A DNA stretch of 64,000 bases from Candidatus Moraniibacteriota bacterium (GCA_043743535.1 JAYTWI010000020.1:10039-74038), one strand, 5' to 3'; shown: positions 1-10,112, counted from the stretch's first letter. Notes: generated from the sequence alone by a model not told the origin. Program-made: numbers and translations.

Positions 1-959
1 TTGCCAAGCAGGCAGGAGTAAGGGCATGTGAACAGGTCATTACCGGGGACAAGATGAGTCACTGGACAGAAAAAGAATACGACGAACACACCAAACAATA
101 CACGATTTTCGCCCGCATCGTGCCGGAACAAAAAGAAAAAATTATCGCCGCCCTGAAAAAAGACGGTTTCACCGCTATGGTAGGTGATGGCGCCAACGAC
201 GCCCTCGCGATCAAAAAAGCCGACCTGGGCATCGCTATGTTCGAAGGCGCCCCCGCCACCAGAAAGCTCGCCTCCATCGTTCTTACAAATAACAGTTTTA
301 CCGCACTGCCGGGCGGCGTCACACTGGCCGACAGTATCATCAAAAACGCTGAGATTTTCGCCAGCCTCTTTTTAGGATCAGCCCTGTTCACCGGCCTTTT
401 ATTTGTCGCCGTCAGTTGTGTGGGATATCCTTTCCCACTCACCCCGCTCAATATCACTCTCATCAACTACTTCACTGTGGGCTTCCCTGGTATTCTCGTT
501 TCCTACTGGACCCTGTGGCCAGCCGAAGAAGTGCTCGCTCCGAGTACACCGGGATTTCTCCATAAAGTCGCTCCCTTCATGATTGCCTCGGCCATTCTCG
601 AGGCACTGGCCGTCTTCCTGCTCTTTGTCTTGAGTCCCGCCACGATGAAAGCAACTTCGTCGAATTTGTGGGTAGTGGTCGGTTCCGTTTTGGTTGGCTA
701 CGTCTTTTTTCTCTTCACCCCGCGTGTCTACCGCGGCGCTCTTTCCTCTGTCCAAAGAAGAGACCTCGTCATTCTTACACTCGTTGAATTCGCCTTCTTC
801 TTTCTCATCTTTCACTTCTCCCCATTCCTCCATTTTTTTGAAATTCTCGGTTCCACTGCTACCCTTTCATCTTTCTCTTTCTTAGCGGTAATCCTCCTCT
901 TCGGGGTGATCCAAGCGACGCTCGCCTGGCGAAACACCCGCAAAGCCGCCACCCCATAA
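1..959 (+). CDS. Cation-transporting P-type ATPase, C-terminal part (5' end outside window)
   Basis: FARIVPEQK, AMVGDGANDALAIKKADLGIAM hinge motif, then several TM helices. Confidence 0.9.
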   Translation, partial: AKQAGVRACEQVITGDKMSHWTEKEYDEHTKQYTIFARIVPEQKEKIIAALKKDGFTAMVGDGANDALAIKKADLGIAMFEGAPATRKLASIVLTNNSFTALPGGVTLADSIIKNAEIFASLFLGSALFTGLLFVAVSCVGYPFPLTPLNITLINYFTVGFPGILVSYWTLWPAEEVLAPSTPGFLHKVAPFMIASAILEALAVFLLFVLSPATMKATSSNLWVVVGSVLVGYVFFLFTPRVYRGALSSVQRRDLVILTLVEFAFFFLIFHFSPFLHFFEILGSTATLSSFSFLAVILLFGVIQATLAWRNTRKAATP

Positions 960-1031
960 GCCAAAGAGTCAAACTTCGCTCCCTTGTTCATTCTGGTCAG
1001 TTCCAGTACCATAGAAACGAACTCTCTCCAT

Positions 1032-1715
1032 ATGAATTCTTTTTTCGCTCGTCATCACCACTATTGGCGACAATCACAATTTTCCCAGTCCGCACTGGTG
1101 GGCTTGGTCATGTTCGTAACGAGCCTCTACATCAATCGCGTAGCGAGCCTCTACGCCACCGCCCAAGCCAGTAACCCCGTAAGCGACCTCTTGCTCGACA
1201 ATCTGCCGGTAATGAACGTCGACTGGATTGTCAATGATATGGCGGTTCTTTTTGGTTTCTTTATGCTCTTTCTTATCCTGTGGCAACCACGGCGCATCCC
1301 TTTTGTATTCAAAAGCGTAGCCCTCTTCATCACCGTGCGAGCAGGCTTTATCGTCTTTACTCATCTAGCCCCATTTCCGGATCGTATTTACCTTGACCCC
1401 GACGATATTTTTCGCACCCTGACGTACGGCGGAGACTATTTCTTCTCCGGTCATTCTGGTATGCCCTATCTCTTCGCCCTCATTTACTGGCAGGAAAAAT
1501 GGGTGCGTTACCTGTGCCTCGGCGGAGCCGTCCTTCTGGGAGCTGGTGTCATCTTGGGTCACCTCCATTACTCGATCGATGTCTTCGCGGCCTTCTTCAT
1601 CACCTACGGTATCTTCGCGATGGCTCAGCGCTTCTTCTCCTACGCCTACCACGTCTTCTCCGAACAAGAGCCTATTCCGCCACAGGAAGAGTCTTTCAAA
1701 AATCCTCTCATGTAA
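1032..1715 (+). CDS. PAP2-superfamily membrane protein, sphingomyelin/IPC-synthase-like
   Basis: GGDYFFSGH and HLHYSIDV motifs, about 6 TM helices; ATG at 1032 preferred over TTG at 984. Confidence 0.75.
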   Translation: MNSFFARHHHYWRQSQFSQSALVGLVMFVTSLYINRVASLYATAQASNPVSDLLLDNLPVMNVDWIVNDMAVLFGFFMLFLILWQPRRIPFVFKSVALFITVRAGFIVFTHLAPFPDRIYLDPDDIFRTLTYGGDYFFSGHSGMPYLFALIYWQEKWVRYLCLGGAVLLGAGVILGHLHYSIDVFAAFFITYGIFAMAQRFFSYAYHVFSEQEPIPPQEESFKNPLM

Positions 1716-1742
1716 TGCTCGTATCGAAAGCAAAATAACAGG

Positions 1743-1817
1743 TATCCACCTGATTTTACCAGCACTCGCTCGGAAACAAAAGTGCACTTTTGTTTCACTC
1801 GCTTCGTTTGGTAATAA
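1743..1817. repeat. 75-bp dispersed hairpin repeat, copy 1
   Basis: 73/75 identical to the reverse complement of 50628-50702; central hairpin GAAACAAAAG-TGCA-CTTTTGTTTC. Confidence 0.9.
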
Positions 1818-1847
1818 AAAAGACCACCCAGAAGGATGGTCTTTTTC
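1817..1847. terminator. Probable bidirectional intrinsic terminator
   Basis: AAAAGACCA-N-TGGTCTTTT stem with A/T tails between convergent genes. Confidence 0.65.
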
Positions 1848-1864
1848 TTATCTCACGAACCGAT

Positions 1865-2680
1865 CTACAGTCCGTACGAAACGAAGTAATCAATCTTGGC
1901 TGCTTTCTTCACCCCTTCTACCCAGGCCTTGGCCTCGGTAGAAAATTTCTGACCCTTCAACTGCTCACGCACCTGGCTCCGCAGATCATCAGAACTCATA
2001 CCCTTCTGTGGCAGCGTCTTATTATCCTTGAGATAGGCAGTCACTTCATCTTCGGTGACGGTTGTCTTATCAGCCAAGAGGAGTTCTAATTCCTTCTGGA
2101 TCAATATCTGTTCTCGCAATTCAGATTCTGTCATCCCCTGCTGAGCGAGCGCCTGATCCAAGGTACCACCCTGGCCAGCTACCTGAGTCTCAATTTTTTT
2201 GATTTCAGCATCGATCACGGTATTCTTCACGACAATTTTGTTCTTCTCTATTTCCGTGGCAATCAGTTTTTTGGTAATCATAGTTTCGAGCACCTGCTTG
2301 CCAGACTGTTTCTCCAATTCTTGGATTATACTCAAACGGCCAATCGGACTACCGTTGACCATGGCCACTACCACCAGTCCCTTATTCGAATAGGCTAGCG
2401 CCAAAAGTAAAACCACAATAGCCACTCCCGCCACTTGAAAAAACTTCTTGTTATTCATTTTCTTCAACAATGGCAAAAGACTGGGTTTCATACCAGTACG
2501 CTCTCTTTCTACGATCGGCCGGTCTTTTGCTTCCGTATTCCCCACAAGCACCACTGGCGCTGGTGTTTCAACTGTCTTTTGTACCTGTGGTACTATGATA
2601 GTCTTTTCTGATGCAAGCACCGCGTTCACTTCATCTATCCCTCCTGTAGATTCTTCCTTTTTCGGCAGTTCATTTTCCAT
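1865..2680 (-). CDS. SurA/PrsA N-terminal-domain foldase-like membrane protein
   Basis: TM anchor, then VAMVNGSPI and a helical SurA_N-like region; no parvulin domain visible. Confidence 0.75.
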   Translation of the reverse strand: MENELPKKEESTGGIDEVNAVLASEKTIIVPQVQKTVETPAPVVLVGNTEAKDRPIVERERTGMKPSLLPLLKKMNNKKFFQVAGVAIVVLLLALAYSNKGLVVVAMVNGSPIGRLSIIQELEKQSGKQVLETMITKKLIATEIEKNKIVVKNTVIDAEIKKIETQVAGQGGTLDQALAQQGMTESELREQILIQKELELLLADKTTVTEDEVTAYLKDNKTLPQKGMSSDDLRSQVREQLKGQKFSTEAKAWVEGVKKAAKIDYFVSYGL

Positions 2681-2807
2681 AATAGGTCCTTCGTTAATTA
2701 CTTACCTTTCCCCTCGTACGATTCGCTTTCCATCCTACACCAAAAAAGCAAAAAAGCCCACCCGAAGCGGATAGGCTCTTCCCCCCTTGTATCTGTTATA
2801 CGTTCAC

Positions 2808-3230
2808 TTATAGAGCATTCTCTTTCTCCACATAGGCCTTGAAACTCTCTAAAATAGCCTGCCAGCCAGAGCGCTGTTGCTCCTCTGAATGAGTATCTTC
2901 CATCTCAAAAGTCTCACTGACCAGTACCCCGACCATCATCGGGACGAAAGTCACCGTCACCAGGCGACCATCTGCCAACGTATAAGCCAAAAGCTCATTT
3001 TCTTTGACTGCTGTATAGGTACCAGGAAGATCAAAGGAAGATGAGCCGTCCTTGGCTGCCATAGTAAAGAGAAATTTTCCACCCACCCGCACATCATTTT
3101 CTGCGTGTGGGCAGTGCCAGTCGGCCGAGGCCTGATTCCATGCCTCGATCACTCGTGGATCAGTCCAGGCGCCCCACACCGTCTGTGGATCACCTTTGAC
3201 CATTACCTCTACCGTTATTGTCTTCTTCAT
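2808..3230 (-). CDS. SRPBCC/AHSA1-family protein
   Basis: VWGAWTDP, DVRVGGKF, QQRSGWQAIL; start MKKTITV at 3230. Confidence 0.85.
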   Translation of the reverse strand: MKKTITVEVMVKGDPQTVWGAWTDPRVIEAWNQASADWHCPHAENDVRVGGKFLFTMAAKDGSSSFDLPGTYTAVKENELLAYTLADGRLVTVTFVPMMVGVLVSETFEMEDTHSEEQQRSGWQAILESFKAYVEKENAL

Positions 3231-3234
3231 AGCC

Positions 3235-3672
3235 TTACTCCTTGCTAACACAGTTAAACATCCACTGCACACCATATTTATCAGTACAAGAACCAAAGTA
3301 CGCTCCCCAAAACATATCCGTCAGAGCCATCCCAACCTGGCCACCTTCGCACAAAGCTTCGAAAAGCCGCTTGGTTTCAGTGCGTGTGTCCGGCTCGAGG
3401 TTAATATAGACATTATTGCCCGGCGTCACGGTGAAGCCCATCGATTCCGGTGCATCCGTCCCCAAGAGAGCATGCCCACCTAAAATCGGCAACTCAACAT
3501 GCATCACCAGATTCTTGTCCGCTTCATTGATAGGCGGCTGCCCCTCCATCATGGGCACATCACTCATCCGCTTTATACCATCCACAAATTCCCCACCAAA
3601 CACCGATCGATAGAAATTAAACGCTGCCTCCGTCTCCCGCGGAAAATTGAGATAGGTACTGACTTTCGCCAT
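3235..3672 (-). CDS. VOC/PhnB-like (glyoxalase-fold) protein
   Basis: YLNF..AFNFYRSVFGG, MHVEL, FWGAYFGSCTDKYGVQWM. Confidence 0.85.
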   Translation of the reverse strand: MAKVSTYLNFPRETEAAFNFYRSVFGGEFVDGIKRMSDVPMMEGQPPINEADKNLVMHVELPILGGHALLGTDAPESMGFTVTPGNNVYINLEPDTRTETKRLFEALCEGGQVGMALTDMFWGAYFGSCTDKYGVQWMFNCVSKE

Positions 3673-3745
3673 ACATTTGTGATAAATAATTATGCTCGAG
3701 GTCTCTATTTTAACACGTGTTGGGTCTGATTCTCGATTTAAGAAT

Positions 3746-6223
3746 CTAGAGAATCTTCAGTCCCAGAGTGCAGGTGCCCACCAGTCCCGTGAGTATTCCT
3801 CCTACCACGGTACTGATGCGGTTACCCGAAGAGATAGTGGTGGGTGAACCAATCAGTGTCCCCGTTTTGGTACTGTTGAGCGATCCAGAAAGATCGATGG
3901 CTGAACTGAGCTGACTAGTACCAGCCCCAGGGGCATCCGAAGCCGTATCCACACTCACCTGGAAGGTACCGAGTAAACCAGCTGCTACAGAATACGAACA
4001 CTTGGCGCTCGTCAACTGATAGCTCCTATCCGCCACAAAGATAGCTTGCGTTAACACCGTAGCCAAAAGTGGCACTTGGATAAAGAGGGTCTGTGGGATC
4101 TTGTTCCCACCGACCGTGAGACTATCAGCCGTTGTAACCGCCAGCGTCTTCCCGGATGCAACCGTTGTTGTCCCATTCAGAGAAACTGCTCCCGTACCAG
4201 TCGCTAGTGTTCCTGAAGAGGCGGACTGATCTATGTTGCCGGAAGTAAGCGTCACACCTGTGACACCAGTGAGTGCTCCAGCAGCCGAGAGATTAAGAGT
4301 GGGAGAGGTCAGAAAATTATTCATCCCAGTCCCAAAGGTCAGGCCATTGAAAGTATTGCCACCAACGGCTGATACCGTTCCGAAAGAAATCCCAGTGAGA
4401 GTGTTCGTCCCACCAGATGTCCCCGTCAAGTCAAGTGTTATGCCTTTGACCGCATTCGTACCACTACTCCCGCTATTAGTGAGAGCGATGGTATGGGCGG
4501 TTCCGGTACTAGCAGAAAATGTCTGACTCAAAACCCCATCGCCACTCGTCAGCAGTACATCTTTGTTCGCTGCAATAGTCGTATCACCGTTGAGTGAGAT
4601 GGCACCAGTCCCCGTAGAGAATGTTCCGCTACCAACAATAGCCACATTGCCCGATCCTTGGGTATAGCCCGTGATGCCGGACAGGGCACCGCTCGTAGAA
4701 ACATCTAGTCCGGTAGAGTCCACTTGGAGGGCGCCTGTACTATTCCCCAATGTGAGCGCATTACCCGCTCCACTAGCTAAAATAGTAGCGCCCGAAGAAG
4801 TAAGTGAAGTAAAGATACTGGCTGCCGGACTGGTCCCGCCAATATTGATACCATTAATGGTGCCTCCATTAGCAGTCAGCGTGCCAGCGGTGATAGCGTT
4901 TGTCACATTCGAGAGTGTGAGAGCGGTCGCCGTGTTTGAACCACGATTGGCAACTGCATTCAGGGTGTCTGCTTCTGTTGCCGTCACTGTCACAACACCA
5001 CCGGATGCACCGATCGCATTGATACCCCCTGCTGCTACCGTCACGCTGCCGGTCTGACCGTTGAGAGCCGTCACGCCAGAATTGGTAATACTGATAGTGC
5101 CCAAACCATTAGAAATGCCAACCCCCGTCCCAGCACTGAGAACAGACAGGGCATAACCCGATCCATTGCCGATAAGCATCTGTCCATTGGTGGGAATAGT
5201 AGTGACACCGGTACCACCACTGCCAACGGGGAGCGCACTAATGCCGCTGATACTGCCACCCGTGATAGTCACACTGCCGGCGTTTTGCACAGCCAAGGTT
5301 CCAAGAGCGAGATTGGTTCGTGCTGTGGCCGCATTGGTCAGATCTGACAGGTTATTGGTTGATACCAAATCCCCTGTCCCGCCCCCACCCAAATAACTGG
5401 TAATATTACTACTAGTCACCAGCGTTCCTGAATTACCGGACAACGTAAAAGTCGCATCAGTAGAGAGCGTCCCGATATCAAGCGTCGCATAATGTGTATC
5501 ACTAGCGTCTTTTATTTTAAGGCTACTCCTCGCATCATCCAAAACGATGTTGTAGCCACCACCCTGCACCCAATCACTCGAAAGGCTTCCCAGACTTACC
5601 TCGGCCGTAGCACCCTCTCCCTGATTACCCGAAATATCAATCCCACTACCACCCACGGTTTTTTTGACATAGGCACCCGTTGTTTGTGATCCGAGTTTCA
5701 CTGCTCCGGTCTCGATCTCGGCATTTGATACCGTTTGTCCAATCAGGGATATCTGATTATTTTGTCGCAGCAGAGTGAGTAGGCGAGTTTGCTCGTCAGC
5801 TGTGAGATTAATTACCGTTCCTGAAACATCTCGAGTCAAAAGATCAGTTGGTGTTGTATAGAAATTCTGAGTGACTTCGGTCGTGTTATTCTCGATGACA
5901 CTTTTTTTGGTGATGATGTTTCCTTTAGCAGCGCCGTTCGTCACTGTCGATAAAGAACCAGGCGCGCCGCTGCCAGTGCTCTTGGTTCCTGAAGAAAAAG
6001 TTCCTTGTACTTGAGAAAAGGGAATGGTCCACTCTGCCACTGGAATCAGCCTGGTTTCATCTTGCAAAGACCGCTCCGTACCGGAAAAGAGCGGGCTCGT
6101 ATCGGTCTGAATAAGTGCACGGTCGAATACTGGCTGAATCGGCGCCGCAAGTGCGGTGCTACTAAAAAACGTAACAGTAAGCACCGCTCCAAGAAAAAGA
6201 AGTCCTCCGTATTTCTTTTTCAT
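3746..6223 (-). CDS. Secreted Gly/Thr/Ser-rich surface or adhesin-like protein (825 aa)
   Basis: Signal peptide ending ALA-A; G/T/S-rich beta-strand repeats; NNLSDLTNAATARTNL segment. Confidence 0.7.
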   Translation of the reverse strand: MKKKYGGLLFLGAVLTVTFFSSTALAAPIQPVFDRALIQTDTSPLFSGTERSLQDETRLIPVAEWTIPFSQVQGTFSSGTKSTGSGAPGSLSTVTNGAAKGNIITKKSVIENNTTEVTQNFYTTPTDLLTRDVSGTVINLTADEQTRLLTLLRQNNQISLIGQTVSNAEIETGAVKLGSQTTGAYVKKTVGGSGIDISGNQGEGATAEVSLGSLSSDWVQGGGYNIVLDDARSSLKIKDASDTHYATLDIGTLSTDATFTLSGNSGTLVTSSNITSYLGGGGTGDLVSTNNLSDLTNAATARTNLALGTLAVQNAGSVTITGGSISGISALPVGSGGTGVTTIPTNGQMLIGNGSGYALSVLSAGTGVGISNGLGTISITNSGVTALNGQTGSVTVAAGGINAIGASGGVVTVTATEADTLNAVANRGSNTATALTLSNVTNAITAGTLTANGGTINGINIGGTSPAASIFTSLTSSGATILASGAGNALTLGNSTGALQVDSTGLDVSTSGALSGITGYTQGSGNVAIVGSGTFSTGTGAISLNGDTTIAANKDVLLTSGDGVLSQTFSASTGTAHTIALTNSGSSGTNAVKGITLDLTGTSGGTNTLTGISFGTVSAVGGNTFNGLTFGTGMNNFLTSPTLNLSAAGALTGVTGVTLTSGNIDQSASSGTLATGTGAVSLNGTTTVASGKTLAVTTADSLTVGGNKIPQTLFIQVPLLATVLTQAIFVADRSYQLTSAKCSYSVAAGLLGTFQVSVDTASDAPGAGTSQLSSAIDLSGSLNSTKTGTLIGSPTTISSGNRISTVVGGILTGLVGTCTLGLKIL

Positions 6224-6224
6224 A

Positions 6225-6635
6225 CTATTTCATTAATTGTGGATTCTTCGCTTCATCGTCAGCGATAGCCTTTCGGATGACGCTATCATCTTTCATTGTT
6301 TCATAGAACAGCACATGCTCTCTATTGATAGTGATTCGGTTCTCTGGCCCATGGAGCTCATCGCCCAGCTTGATGAGAGACAACTTGGCAGTGGCTTCCG
6401 CGTTTGGCGCCTTTGGGTCAATGACATCAGTCTTGGCTTTTAGATAGTAAACATCAGACAAAACTAACATTTTTTCACCAAGAGATTGGATATGCCCAAA
6501 GTACACTTGGTCATTGGTCAAAAACACGGCACTATACCGAGCAGGGTCATACCCTCTATTCATACGGCAATACCCCCACGCCGCCCCTCCCACCACGACT
6601 AAAACCGCTACAATAATACTTATCTTCTTGTACAT
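6225..6635 (-). CDS. Conserved membrane-anchored hypothetical protein
   Basis: N-terminal TM; AVFLTNDQVYFG...LIKLGDELHGP motif typical of CPR proteins. Confidence 0.7.
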   Translation of the reverse strand: MYKKISIIVAVLVVVGGAAWGYCRMNRGYDPARYSAVFLTNDQVYFGHIQSLGEKMLVLSDVYYLKAKTDVIDPKAPNAEATAKLSLIKLGDELHGPENRITINREHVLFYETMKDDSVIRKAIADDEAKNPQLMK

Positions 6636-6690
6636 ATTCTTTTGTTAAAAATGTATATGTTGTACTTGAAAAACATCTCTCACTTCCCCC

Positions 6691-7110
6691 CTACTGCCCT
6701 GTCGACATTTTTGTTCCTGCACCAGTCGAAGGAGAACGAAGCACTACGCCAAAGTCAATAATTCGATCCTCACTCGGTCGGTAGAGGAGCGCCTTTTCTT
6801 CCCATACAATCAATTTGTCTCCATTTTCTGCATGCTGATAAAAAGTATCAGTCAAACGCAATTGCTCGGCGTCACTCACGGTCGCTACGGCCGGTACGGC
6901 ATCCCCCAGTAAAACATGTTTTGAAATTTTCTCTCGTATGGACCGAGCCTCCCTTTCGCCATCTGGCAATCGGTGACTTTGCCAGTAGTTATAACCTAGA
7001 TACAGTGTGCCAATAATCCAGAAGAAAAAAAGAATCTTTTTCCAAAAATGCTTCCTCGATACTTTCGGTACTGAGACAACATCATCTGTTTGTATTTCGA
7101 CCTCTGACAT
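6691..7110 (-). CDS. Membrane-anchored hypothetical protein
   Basis: Single TM; PAVATVSD...FYQHAENGDKLI...ALLYRPS; co-oriented with the two downstream genes. Confidence 0.7.
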   Translation of the reverse strand: MSEVEIQTDDVVSVPKVSRKHFWKKILFFFWIIGTLYLGYNYWQSHRLPDGEREARSIREKISKHVLLGDAVPAVATVSDAEQLRLTDTFYQHAENGDKLIVWEEKALLYRPSEDRIIDFGVVLRSPSTGAGTKMSTGQ

Positions 7111-7337
7111 ATATGAAAAATGTCTTTGAAAGAATCAAATAATTTTATTCTAAATAAATTATACACTTTTTGAGATACTTATGCCAAGTACCGCTCACAT
7201 CAAACCGCATAGGCCGTTCACATTGGCTCATGATACTTGCTTGGTGCCTACTTCGTGTGCGCCCGGTGACTTCGGTGGTGTTCGTGATAGCTCTTGCTTT
7301 TGCCCCACCCCTCCCAGTGCGCGCACAAGCAGACTCC

Positions 7338-9038
7338 CTATGATTTTTCTTTATCATTTCCACCAACTAACTTTTTGACTGTGGCAATGACATTATCAAA
7401 TACAGAAGTTAGCTTTGTTTTTGCTTCTTCGGTTAACCGAGATGTATGCATTACAGAGTTTCGTAGTGGTTTGTAGGGTTTATCTTCGTCTTCCAAGATA
7501 TCGTCTTTAATTATTTTTGCTAAATCTATGTAATCCAAATACATCAGCAGATTCTCTTCAGCAATTCTGATTTGGATTGAAGTTCCTGCAATTTTCTTAT
7601 CCTCCTGCAAGCCCTTTTTTCTGCTTTCACCTTTACAAAATTGGCACCAGCTTTTTTCTGATTGATTGGGTCTGGTTGTGCAAGTATGTCCGTCACTTTG
7701 CTTTAAACAACTAATTGGAATTTTGCCAGAATTTTCAATATGCCTTCTTAGAAGATTTTCGGAAATGAAGCACTCAATATAACCTGTACTGTTAAAAGCT
7801 GCGTCATCTGTTAGTTCTGTAAGAAAGTCATCACCCCCCTCGCCAGAACCTCCCATGTATTCTTTTTTTACTTCGCGGTATAGAGACTTTGCTTTTTTAA
7901 ATTTTGAAGCTTTTTCAAGATTACCATCTTTACCACGCTCATCACGGAGATCATCCCATTGATCCATTATTGCAAGCACTGTCTTTTTCAACTCACCCAA
8001 AAATTCTTTGTAGAGTGGGTCATCAGCGAGTACACCTTCTCGACTGCTGATGAATCTATCTTTTCCATCCTTATCCAAGGCATCAAAATGAATTTGACCA
8101 TACAAGTAGTTTTCAGGAAGCTGAGCAGATGGAATATGTTTCAAAATATCCGTCTCCCTTACTCGACCATTTACAAATAAATCCACACCCACTTTTTCTC
8201 CCGTAGAGTGTATGTTCCTATCCTTTGGAAATTCAACGGATGCAATAAAACCAGTGATCTTGTCCGCCATTTTTACGGGCATAGTTTTGTATACCTTTTC
8301 GCAATACTTCTCTAGATATTCGTCCCCAGTCCAATTGTTGATATTCCAAACAAACTCTGTCTTTTCCGCAATACTTTTTAGTGATGCAAGCGTTATGAGT
8401 TCTCGGTCAAGATATATATTGAAATTTTTATCTACGAGTGAAAATCTGAAGTGAAGCGCTATAATTTTTTTCAAAAAATCATCCGTATTGTGAATACCGT
8501 CCTTTATGTTTTCAAAACAGATAATAGTTCCATTAGTATGCCCGTCCTTCATCTCTGTAAATAATGAATCATCCACTGACTCAAGAGAATAATCGTGAGA
8601 GGATCTATCATCTTTGATGGCTTCATCTAATCCAGAATTATCTATTGCACCACCAACGTAATCATCTTCTAATGATTTTCTTGAAATGATAGTTATTTTG
8701 TCCGCACAGGACAAAAGAGCCAACTTCCCAATGCCTTTATTTCCTATATAAGGACGGAGGTACGGTTCTGGAGAGCTCATGCCACCCTGTGTTCTCTTTG
8801 AATACCCGACTTTTAAGAATCTTTCTTTAAAATCGGTGGAGTCCATTCCGATACCATCATCTTTAATCCAGAATCTATTATTTTCTTTGTCGATTGAGAT
8901 CCAGACATTTTTGGCATTCGCATCCCATGCATTGGAAATCGCCTCACCAATGACAGTAGGAAAAGTCCTGTATAAATTTCTACCGAGGTGATTTAGTACA
9001 CTCAGAGATATATTAAATGTATATTTTTCACTTTCCAT
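7338..9038 (-). CDS. GHKL/MORC-like ATPase with Cys cluster and C-terminal HEPN-like motif
   Basis: EAISNAWDA, DDGIGM, GNKGIGK (Bergerat fold); CxxC-containing insert; YLDYIDL...RNSVMH (RxxxxH). Confidence 0.8.
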   Translation of the reverse strand: MESEKYTFNISLSVLNHLGRNLYRTFPTVIGEAISNAWDANAKNVWISIDKENNRFWIKDDGIGMDSTDFKERFLKVGYSKRTQGGMSSPEPYLRPYIGNKGIGKLALLSCADKITIISRKSLEDDYVGGAIDNSGLDEAIKDDRSSHDYSLESVDDSLFTEMKDGHTNGTIICFENIKDGIHNTDDFLKKIIALHFRFSLVDKNFNIYLDRELITLASLKSIAEKTEFVWNINNWTGDEYLEKYCEKVYKTMPVKMADKITGFIASVEFPKDRNIHSTGEKVGVDLFVNGRVRETDILKHIPSAQLPENYLYGQIHFDALDKDGKDRFISSREGVLADDPLYKEFLGELKKTVLAIMDQWDDLRDERGKDGNLEKASKFKKAKSLYREVKKEYMGGSGEGGDDFLTELTDDAAFNSTGYIECFISENLLRRHIENSGKIPISCLKQSDGHTCTTRPNQSEKSWCQFCKGESRKKGLQEDKKIAGTSIQIRIAEENLLMYLDYIDLAKIIKDDILEDEDKPYKPLRNSVMHTSRLTEEAKTKLTSVFDNVIATVKKLVGGNDKEKS

Positions 9039-10074
9039 AGATTTCTAAGTGCTTTTTTATCTGTCTGCCAATCACAACCCCCAACTGAGGAGGAACTGCG
9101 TTACCAATATGCCTACTCAGTTTTGCACTAGGAAAATCCCCGAAATCATAATCAATAGGAAATGTCTGTAGTAATGCACCCTCACGTATTGAAAGTGCCC
9201 TGTTTTGTTCTGGATGTCCAAAACGTCCAGACCCATAACTTGTAAATTGCGTTGTGATTGTTGGTGACACGTCACCCCATCTCATTCGTCCATATACTGA
9301 AGTATATGTTTGCCCGCTATCTTTTTTGTAGCAGTCTGGCAATAGATTTTTATCCCAATCACGCCAAGTACCACCGGGTTTTGATTGAAGAATACGTTTC
9401 TTATTTATTGGCTCAAGCTTCTTTGCTTGGTGTAAATAATCCCTCTTTGATATTTCCCCCGCATCAATTCTCGGCAATTCACGAATAACGTCACCCACGG
9501 TAACATAATTATCCTTGGTATGCGTTTCTTTTGGTATTAAAATTTCGCCTAGTCTCGAAGCGAGCAAAATTAGACGGCTACGATTTTGTGGTATGCCGTA
9601 ATTTGGTGCATATACAACTTTCCAATCCACCTTATATCCAAGTTTTTTAAGTTTATTTACGAAGTTCTTAAATACATCTGTTGTCGTAACCCCACGAACG
9701 TTCTCCATTGAAACAATGTCTGGCTTAACAACTTTTATTCCACGGATAAAGTGATCAAGCAAGTTCCAGCGCTCATCCTTTGCATCTTTACGTAATTTAA
9801 AAGCATGAGAAGAAAAAGGTTGGCAGGGAGCACAGCCGACAAGCACCCGCACACTACCTTTTGAGTAAATTTTGTTTAACTCTTTAAAATCAAACTTCGA
9901 AATATCTGCTGATATAAACTTAGCTGCGTTGTTTTTCTCATACGCATAAGCGCACGACTCATCATTATCAAGACCAGCCAAGACTGATAATCCTGATTTT
10001 CTTAATCCGTATGTCAAACCACCTACTCCACTAAACAGATCAATGACTTCAATTTTTTTATCTTTTTTGCTCAT
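9028..10074 (-). CDS. DNA (cytosine-5) methyltransferase
   Basis: DLFSGVGG, GCAPCQPFS, MENV, PQNRSR, REGALLQTF, IGNAVPP motifs. Confidence 0.95.
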   Translation of the reverse strand: MSKKDKKIEVIDLFSGVGGLTYGLRKSGLSVLAGLDNDESCAYAYEKNNAAKFISADISKFDFKELNKIYSKGSVRVLVGCAPCQPFSSHAFKLRKDAKDERWNLLDHFIRGIKVVKPDIVSMENVRGVTTTDVFKNFVNKLKKLGYKVDWKVVYAPNYGIPQNRSRLILLASRLGEILIPKETHTKDNYVTVGDVIRELPRIDAGEISKRDYLHQAKKLEPINKKRILQSKPGGTWRDWDKNLLPDCYKKDSGQTYTSVYGRMRWGDVSPTITTQFTSYGSGRFGHPEQNRALSIREGALLQTFPIDYDFGDFPSAKLSRHIGNAVPPQLGVVIGRQIKKHLEIYGK

Positions 10075-10112
10075 GTGTCTTGTTTTTTAATTATACAACA
10101 TCGCAACATTTT

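Noticed and set aside
7145-7340. GC-rich spacer with short ORFs and TGTGCGC/GCGCACA inverted repeat as island end
   Set aside because: No copy of the tRNA-Ser att sequence and no recognisable protein or RNA motif.
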